IMG/VR virus record: IMGVR_UViG_3300018080_008436
Coordinates: 248,001-312,000 of that record
DNA length: 64,000 nt
Direction: 5' to 3' (one strand)
The position numbers and the translations under genes were made by a program. Under the pieces are notes generated by a model. The model saw only the letters and a program-made list of their open reading frames with translations. It was not told the DNA's origin and did not search any database. Below are positions 58,009 to 64,000 of this stretch, one piece after another (position 1 is the first letter of the stretch; each line of letters starts with the position of its first letter).

Positions 58009-58296
58009 TTATTTTTTCTTGTTATTCTTCCTTTGCTCTTTCTTCTGTGCTTCAAGGGCCTTGCGATCCCTTTCGTACATCTCTTGCCTGTTCTGAATTC
58101 TTTTATTTCTTGCTTCAATTCGTTTCTTGCGTTGCTGAACTCTTTCTTGTCTTAGACGAATACGTTTTTGTCGAGGAGTCATCCCTTCAAGCTCTTTCTC
58201 AAGCCTCTCTTTTTCACGTTTCTCAATAATACGTCTACGTCTTTCAGCGACTTCTTGTTTGAATTTTGCTTTACTTCTTTTACATTTACATCCCAT
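58009..58296 (-). CDS. Highly basic coiled-coil protein
   Basis: R/K-rich 95 aa. Confidence 0.55.
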   Translation of the reverse strand: MGCKCKRSKAKFKQEVAERRRRIIEKREKERLEKELEGMTPRQKRIRLRQERVQQRKKRIEARNKRIQNRQEMYERDRKALEAQKKEQRKNNKKK

Positions 58297-58375
58297 TTCT
58301 CAGTCTTCCAAGTTAGAACCGATATATATTTCTTCTTGAAATTATACCTGATTTCCTTGCAAATTTGTAGTGGGA

Positions 58376-58633
58376 TTACCGATTTTCAAAATGTTCTTCA
58401 ATTTTTTTATTCTGTTCGGTAGCGTACTCATTATAAGCCTTTATTCCAATCTCAAGCTTGGTAGCATACTTGACCATGGACTCAAAGTCTTTCTTGTCCA
58501 GAGCAGGGCTTAAAACGGGCCTATCAGGCATCGGGATTATTGGATACCTCTGATTTATCATCGTCGTGTGATGACACCCCGTTAGAACCGTCAATCCAAT
58601 CGTCAAGATTAACATCATCTTTATCCACTGCAT
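58376..58633 (-). CDS. Small lipoprotein (o-spanin-like)
   Basis: LTGCHHT..MPDRPVL; paralog of 36477..36734. Confidence 0.5.
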   Translation of the reverse strand: MQWIKMMLILTIGLTVLTGCHHTTMINQRYPIIPMPDRPVLSPALDKKDFESMVKYATKLEIGIKAYNEYATEQNKKIEEHFENR

Positions 58634-58823
58634 TTTGGGCCTCCTGGATTCTTCTTTCTAGTTCGATTGCTTTTTTCATGCTCTGTAACACTTCTTCCAT
58701 TGCTTCAATGTCAGAGCCTTCGGCATGGTCAAGTTTATTGGCAATCATCTTCAGAAGAGATTTGATGATCTCAAGTGCAGTAGTTGCCAATAGCATTTCT
58801 GTTCCTGTAAAACGTGCAGACAT
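58524..58823 (-). CDS. Coiled-coil protein overlapping lipoprotein gene
   Basis: AGGAG RBS; 110-bp overlap. Confidence 0.5.
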   Translation of the reverse strand: MSARFTGTEMLLATTALEIIKSLLKMIANKLDHAEGSDIEAMEEVLQSMKKAIELERRIQEAQNAVDKDDVNLDDWIDGSNGVSSHDDDKSEVSNNPDA

Positions 58824-58916
58824 AATTGATCTCCTTCGTTGCAGAAACATTATTCTATATAGAAAAAGAAAAACCCTAGAGCGGGGAACTCTAGGGCTTT
58901 TCAGGTGGGCCGAATC

Positions 58917-60350
58917 TTAGACGGTGACCCCTTCTGGGACTACGATTTCATACTTCTCGATTGCTCGATCAAGTACTGCCATTGGCGAGAAATCAGTGCC
59001 TCCGAGAACTGCGCCTAAGATTGAAGGACTGAAGCCACTTACAAGAGCAACATTCTCATGCGTACCTCTTGCAGGACTTCCTGCATATCCAGCAGTATTC
59101 CAATATACAATCTTTGGACGACTGTATCCATTTGCTTCCCACTCTTCCATGCATCTTTCAATAGTGGTCTTATCGCAGTTACTAGCGCCAGAGCACCAGC
59201 CTCCACCATTATCGAACTGCATGTCTGAAATGATCAACAGACAGTTTGGAATCTGTTCATCAGTTACGTTGAACATCTTTGCAGAGTTCAGGATCTGATC
59301 AAGAGCCGCCTTGACGTTCGTTGATCCACAATATCCTTCTCTTCTGCAACGCTGAATTCCCTGAACAAAAGTCTTTCCCTTCCAATCGACAAGGTGACTG
59401 TCGTTTGAGAATGGAATGAACTTCCTGTAGAAAGGGTTATCCTTTCCAACCCTGTCAGAGCAGTACAATCCCAAACTGGTTGAGATATCAATAGCTCTGA
59501 TAGAACCAGAGACAGTAACTCCCATAGATCCAGAGAAGTCACAAATTGGCATGATTCTCATGTTGCAGTCTTCCATGAAGTTTGGAAGAGCTTCAAACTG
59601 AGCATTTGCCAACTTACCATCCTTGTTAGCAGTACGAAGAACGTCATGTGGGAACAAAGCACTTGCGTTAACCTTGTTGTCAGAGTCCTCGTCAGTCAAA
59701 GACTCTCTCCACTGATCGTATCTTGCAGGATCATGCTTCAAGAATGCGTTAGCAGATCTTGCCATTGCGACAGAAGGAACAGTGTTGTAGTCAATGTCAT
59801 GCCAGTCGCCTGAGCACATTGCAGTCTCTACAACATTAGTGTACTCAGCCAAGTGCTTTCTGAATACCTTTGGAGACATTCCGAGAGCCTTTCTAAGCTT
59901 TGCGAAAACAACCTTGTTCTTCTTCTCTCTTGGTGCCCACTTGCAAGCAAGACCATGCTTATCAGCAATAGCTCTTGCCCAGTACTGGATTGCAGTATCT
60001 TCGCAAGGAGTATCGATACATGCAGTCAAGTCATCCCAACGTCCAGTCTCTGGAATAAGATGAATATTGACAGTAATCCACTCAGGATGCTTCTCAGCCA
60101 TCCACTTCAATACAGAACGGAATCCGCTTCTGTTACCTGCTCCACCTCTAGCATCACGAAGCCAGAAAGCAAGCTTTGCGGCACGAAGTTGATCGGACTT
60201 GAACGCAGGCTTAAACAAGTTCAGAGCACCTGCCTCCGAACCGTAGTAGCTACCACGCTTCTCGAAAAGTGATCCTGCCTTGGAGAAGAACTCCAAAAGT
60301 GCGTTTCCAGTTGAGTCATACAGAAAGTCGTTGTTGTGTCCTCTTGCCAT
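58917..60350 (-). CDS. TROVE-like DUF2828 + vWA protein
   Basis: WLRDARGGAG, GRWDDL, KWAPRE, VPSVAM, CDFSGSM MIDAS, ISDMQFD, VYWN, VSGFSP. Confidence 0.8.
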   Translation of the reverse strand: MARGHNNDFLYDSTGNALLEFFSKAGSLFEKRGSYYGSEAGALNLFKPAFKSDQLRAAKLAFWLRDARGGAGNRSGFRSVLKWMAEKHPEWITVNIHLIPETGRWDDLTACIDTPCEDTAIQYWARAIADKHGLACKWAPREKKNKVVFAKLRKALGMSPKVFRKHLAEYTNVVETAMCSGDWHDIDYNTVPSVAMARSANAFLKHDPARYDQWRESLTDEDSDNKVNASALFPHDVLRTANKDGKLANAQFEALPNFMEDCNMRIMPICDFSGSMGVTVSGSIRAIDISTSLGLYCSDRVGKDNPFYRKFIPFSNDSHLVDWKGKTFVQGIQRCRREGYCGSTNVKAALDQILNSAKMFNVTDEQIPNCLLIISDMQFDNGGGWCSGASNCDKTTIERCMEEWEANGYSRPKIVYWNTAGYAGSPARGTHENVALVSGFSPSILGAVLGGTDFSPMAVLDRAIEKYEIVVPEGVTV

Positions 60351-60381
60351 CGTACCATCCTCCTATTGTTGGTTTTGTGTC

Positions 60382-60447
60382 AAAAAAAAGACCAGTCAAA
60401 CTTGGTTCCGAGTCCCATCTCGCGTATGGAACAAAGTCTAACTGGTC
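60382..60447 (-). terminator. Long hairpin + T8 between RNA array and TROVE-like gene
   Basis: GACCAGTTAGACTT..AAGTTTGACTGGTC-T8. Confidence 0.75.
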
Positions 60448-60460
60448 AAAGTTAAAAATC

Positions 60461-60818
60461 GGAACAGGTTAGCAATTTTGGTTTTCATTTCAAGTGAAAG
60501 TTTTGGTTGCTGTAACTAACCTTCTATCCTAAATTAAAAATTTGAACAGACTGACTTGTTTTTTTTAGCATAAAAAATTTTGAGTTGCTGAATGCAGTCT
60601 TATATCAAATTGTTTTTCTAAATTTTCCTTTTTCTTGTTTTCAAAGAAACAAGTGAAACAGCTTGGGTTTTCCATCCTTTATTTCAGACCTCGATGAATT
60701 TGGGTCCTCAAATTTATTTTTAAAACCCTCTCGACTGGGTTCTCGTTTTATTTCTGTCAGGGCGACTCTGACGCTCGTTTTATCGTGTTTTTTGGTTGCA
60801 GTAACCAAGCTTTATTCA
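60461..60818 (-). ncRNA. Array of three structured RNA units with helix-(C/T)AGCAA-type motif
   Basis: Units 60461..60529, 60540..60610, 60654..60818 with covarying stems; third has ACTGCAA. Confidence 0.7.
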
Positions 60819-60830
60819 GTTGTTGGTTCC

Positions 60831-60861
60831 ATTATAAGGATTACGAAAAACTTTTCAAGTC
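60831..60861 (-). promoter_or_regulatory. Promoter GACTTGAAA-N16-TATAAT
   Basis: Shared motif. Confidence 0.8.
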
Positions 60862-60887
60862 GGTTTTGAATATTTTTTTTGAATTTT

Positions 60888-61760
60888 TTATTTTTCGATT
60901 TCGAACGGTGGATCTCCGAATAGGATTCTGGAGTATTCAAGCATCCTTTTATCAAGTGTAAGAACTTTCATTAAATGCTTTTTTGCCTTTTCTTCCTTGA
61001 AACTCCTTTCCCATCTATCAAGTGTCTTTAGATTTTGGCCCCTTTTTTTGTTCTCAAAAGTGCTACCACCACCATATTGGGTAATAACATTGAGTCTCCT
61101 GTCAGTGAACTCAACATCTAATTGTTTACAGATATTTTTCCTGTAATCAATGTCAACAAACCATTGGTCATATATAATAGGAATGAAGTTTTCAGGGATA
61201 TGATTTGTGATCCCTAGAAACTCTTCCGCATAACCTATCCAAAGAGATGAAAACGTTTTGGGGCCATTTATGCGGTGCCTCAGACTTCTCCAGAAGAATG
61301 CGCTTGTTATATGATTCCAAGGAGATCTTAGGATAAAGATAAAGAAGCTTTTAGGGCTAATTGAGCGTAAGTTCTCATATTCAGGGTTAGTTTGCTTCAA
61401 TCTTTCTAAAAGACCCTTTTCTTCATCTTTGTAAAACTTATCGTAGATCCTGGCAAAGGATTCTGGAGATGAATTTTCTGATCCAAGAACGATAGCCTGT
61501 CTTTTATCCCTGTAATGATAGTCAAGAACTTCGATATCGCTCTTCTTTTTTTCACCTTTAGCAAAGTGTTGGTATCTCCACTTTCTTCCTGGAGGGTTAT
61601 GGTTAATTTTAAATGACGAGTTCGATGGCTTACAACAACTCAAATTATTTTTGTAGATAGCATGATCAAAAGTTCCTAAAAGCCAAGAGCTAATTCCATG
61701 TTGTCCACATCTATTCATGCCACAAACATGAATGGTTTTTTCAGTCAGATATTCTGTCAT
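60888..61760 (-). CDS. Sulfotransferase-like protein
   Basis: GMNRCGQHGI, LRSPWN; paralog of 1028..1834. Confidence 0.6.
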   Translation of the reverse strand: MTEYLTEKTIHVCGMNRCGQHGISSWLLGTFDHAIYKNNLSCCKPSNSSFKINHNPPGRKWRYQHFAKGEKKKSDIEVLDYHYRDKRQAIVLGSENSSPESFARIYDKFYKDEEKGLLERLKQTNPEYENLRSISPKSFFIFILRSPWNHITSAFFWRSLRHRINGPKTFSSLWIGYAEEFLGITNHIPENFIPIIYDQWFVDIDYRKNICKQLDVEFTDRRLNVITQYGGGSTFENKKRGQNLKTLDRWERSFKEEKAKKHLMKVLTLDKRMLEYSRILFGDPPFEIEK

Positions 61761-61762
61761 TC

Positions 61763-62350
61763 TTAGCCCTCTACTATAGATATCTTTGCTACTCTGTCAG
61801 GCTGTGTTAACGCCATTCCAATCTTACCCCTGGAATCATAAATGATTCCAATGTACTCAGCATCTTCTAATGCGTAGATCTCTTTCTGTGGAATTTTATC
61901 ACTCCAAAAAATCCTAGCACCCTCAAATGATCCTACCGAAGTCACTCCATCAATGATCTCCAGATCCCAGCTAAAGAACTTTCCTGAGGGATCTACTTCT
62001 TTTTTAATGAACATACCCATCATTGGGTTCATGATGATAGCTTTCGGGTCTTCTAAAAGCTTACAAAGCTCATACACACCTTGTATAGTAAAGCCTCCGA
62101 CAGATAAAGCATGTTTCTTTGGTAAAATACTTGCTTCTAGTAAAAGAAAAAATAGTTCATCTTCTTTTTCTTGTCCGACTTGCTCTAAAGGAGGGATCAA
62201 AGCGGAATCTCTGCCAGTTACATGATCAACAGTATGATCAGGCATCATTAGATATCCACCAAGCTCTCTGTTTATTTCATAAACTGGATGAAGTCCACCT
62301 AAGTCATCATTAATTAATAGGATTCTTGCAAGGTTGTTTAATTTTTTCAT
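61763..62350 (-). CDS. Hypothetical protein
   Basis: GGAGG RBS. Confidence 0.6.
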   Translation of the reverse strand: MKKLNNLARILLINDDLGGLHPVYEINRELGGYLMMPDHTVDHVTGRDSALIPPLEQVGQEKEDELFFLLLEASILPKKHALSVGGFTIQGVYELCKLLEDPKAIIMNPMMGMFIKKEVDPSGKFFSWDLEIIDGVTSVGSFEGARIFWSDKIPQKEIYALEDAEYIGIIYDSRGKIGMALTQPDRVAKISIVEG

Positions 62351-62398
62351 TATTTTCCTCCACTAAAAAAGCCCCCGAATTTAATCAGGGGCTTGAGT

Positions 62399-62890
62399 TT
62401 AACATCTCTTGTCTGCGGCCCAGGTTGCGGCCCATGAGTGAGGCTTGTGTTCGCAGTGGAACCCTTGAGCGGCAACCATACCAACCAACTCTGGTAGGTA
62501 TTTTGAGCTTTTGTACTTAAGATTTGGATTAACATCCAAGTGAATGGTGATGATCTTCGCAGGGTCAATCTTACCATTTAGGAACCATCCTACCTCAAGA
62601 GACCTAAAGGCTTCAATCATCAATCTCTGTCTCAAATTACTGATTCTCTCAGTTCTTTCTGAAGATAGGATTGCGCATCCACCTAATCCAAGGGTATATG
62701 CTACGAGGCAAGTAGTAAAGGTGCAGTACTTTTTGCCTTTTCTGGAATAGTTCTGGCTATCTGTACCAATGTAGAACTCCGCATTGGGATGTTCTCCCAT
62801 AAAGTCTATCACTTCGATAGCTGTCCTATCCCCAAACCTTTTCCACTTCCAGTTAATAAAAGGCGTGTACTTCCCCTCGTAGAATCCCAT
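62399..62890 (-). CDS. RNase H-like YkuK (DUF458) family
   Basis: YIGTDSQ, RLMIEA..S, IHLDVN, KP.SWAAT.AAD. Confidence 0.85.
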   Translation of the reverse strand: MGFYEGKYTPFINWKWKRFGDRTAIEVIDFMGEHPNAEFYIGTDSQNYSRKGKKYCTFTTCLVAYTLGLGGCAILSSERTERISNLRQRLMIEAFRSLEVGWFLNGKIDPAKIITIHLDVNPNLKYKSSKYLPELVGMVAAQGFHCEHKPHSWAATWAADKRC

Positions 62891-62907
62891 AATATGTCTC
62901 TCCTATT

Positions 62908-63225
62908 CTATGGTATGATGATCCCTCCTTTTCTTTTGTCGTTAGGAGTGACTATCGTACTCTGTTGTTCTTTCAATTTTTCGATAGCTTCTTGTTGAGC
63001 CTCGTCTCTCAACCGATCATACTCTTCTTCAGCGAATTTCTGAAAATCTTCGAAGCACTGCTCAAGAGTATACCCTTCTGGGAATTCAAAGTTTTGTGGA
63101 TCTCCCCCATATGGAGTTGGAATGATGAACATCCCGATGAACTGAGGTTCACCTTCTCCAACGGGGAATTTGCCAACTAACTGCTTCCCGTCGTCGTCCA
63201 CGAATTGTTTAATTTCGTAGATCAT
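62908..63225 (-). CDS. Hypothetical protein
   Basis: ORF track. Confidence 0.6.
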   Translation of the reverse strand: MIYEIKQFVDDDGKQLVGKFPVGEGEPQFIGMFIIPTPYGGDPQNFEFPEGYTLEQCFEDFQKFAEEEYDRLRDEAQQEAIEKLKEQQSTIVTPNDKRKGGIIIP

Positions 63226-63575
63226 ACCCCAATCCCCAGAGTCTCTTCAAGATCCATGACAACGTCTCCACTGTCATTCCAGGAATTGACGACTTTGCTC
63301 TGGATGTTTCTCAGAGCAGGCAACGGAAGGTTCTCAATGTTGACCATATGAGGAACAACCATTACCTTAACCCCAGTTACTCCTTCGAAAAGTTCGTTTA
63401 CCGTTTCGGCAACTCTTTCCATGTCGGACTTTGTTGCTGGAGTCTTTTCATTGCCAACCGTGACAATCAAAAGAGATCCGTCTTCGACATTTGGGAACAC
63501 CTGGGTTTTGAGTGTTTCCAGATCTCGATCCATCTGTCCACTCGTTTCTTTTTTTACAGTCTCTTTCTTTGACAT
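63222..63575 (-). CDS. Hypothetical protein
   Basis: AAGGAG RBS. Confidence 0.6.
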   Translation of the reverse strand: MSKKETVKKETSGQMDRDLETLKTQVFPNVEDGSLLIVTVGNEKTPATKSDMERVAETVNELFEGVTGVKVMVVPHMVNIENLPLPALRNIQSKVVNSWNDSGDVVMDLEETLGIGV

Positions 63576-63640
63576 TGTCTTGCTCCTTAGTTAGACTTAA
63601 GAACGATGATATTTATAGTATAGACCGAAAAAACAATAAA

Positions 63641-64000
63641 TCAAGGGCGAGTATGCAAAATAACTTGTTCGATCAACCTTTCTATGGAAGTTTCTGGCAA
63701 CCTTCTCCTTTCCTTTTTATAAAGAAAATCAAGGTATCTCGTTTTTGGTGCATTATCTGGACGACCATAAAAGAAGTTCTCAGATCCTACATGTAACCCA
63801 AATTCAACATTGGTTGTAAACGCTGGCATTGTTTTAAGTTCTCTAGGAACCCACGCAAGTATGGCTCCAAATTCTCGACAATGCGCTAAAGCCCTATATT
63901 CCCAATAAACTTGTTTGTGATAGTCAAAGGTGTCATCACCCTCTTTTTCTCGTGGTTCAGGGACATAGAGAACTCCATCGAATTCATGCTGTTTAAAAAT
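63641..64000 (-). CDS. Nucleoside 2-deoxyribosyltransferase-like protein (5' end outside window)
   Basis: Frame extends upstream: YVPEPR..QVYWEYRAL..AWVPRELKTMPAFTTNVEFG. Confidence 0.65.
   Translation of the reverse strand: MFKQHEFDGVLYVPEPREKEGDDTFDYHKQVYWEYRALAHCREFGAILAWVPRELKTMPAFTTNVEFGLHVGSENFFYGRPDNAPKTRYLDFLYKKERRRLPETSIERLIEQVILHTRP

Noticed and set aside
60461-60818. CRISPR array
   Set aside because: Units share structure and a short motif, not identical direct repeats with even spacers, and no cas genes are present.
61763-62350. Capsid-protein-like C-terminus
   Set aside because: Only a vague resemblance; cannot be supported without an HMM or structure search.
813-63796. Numerous short antisense or nested ORFs in the track
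   Set aside because: They lie within longer genes that have recognisable motifs and RBSs.
1-64000. Stop-codon reassignment
   Set aside because: Genes are full-length and tightly coupled in code 11. TAA, TAG and TGA all end genes, and there is no suppressor tRNA.

Overview
A gene-dense, AT-rich window, mostly on the minus strand, read in standard code 11. It looks like part of a large (jumbo) phage genome, although no capsid, terminase or polymerase hallmark gene is visible here. Contents: (i) a ~17 kb glycan cluster (GT2/GT4/GT32/GT8-like transferases, SAM methyltransferases, sulfotransferases, NeuA/NeuB); (ii) nucleic-acid and host-takeover genes (PNKP, RecD2, PIN-PhoH, NUDIX, DHH, ADP-ribosylglycohydrolase, IF-3, Hsp20, YkuK-like RNase H, TROVE-like DUF2828/vWA); (iii) a plus-strand island of two modular paralog families, probably fibre/adhesin proteins; (iv) three tRNA operons with 21 conventional tRNAs and 4 tRNA-like RNAs. 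Main discovery: each tRNA operon is preceded by the same promoter (GACTTGAAA-N16-TATAAT), an unannotated short leader peptide whose codons match the tRNAs downstream (FRFF before 2x Phe; EPEREEPP before Glu/Pro; VVRDMHIIRRDWSHR before Val/Arg/Asp/Met/His/Ile/Trp), and mutually exclusive antiterminator/terminator hairpins. This reads as ribosome-coupled attenuation that would switch on phage tRNA supply when the cognate charged tRNA runs short. Second candidate system: a repeated helix+CAGCAA RNA module in the terminated leader of the TROVE-like gene, with circularly permuted copies grafted into tRNA scaffolds, alongside Y-RNA-like permuted tRNA mimics. All calls are by eye; no searches were run.
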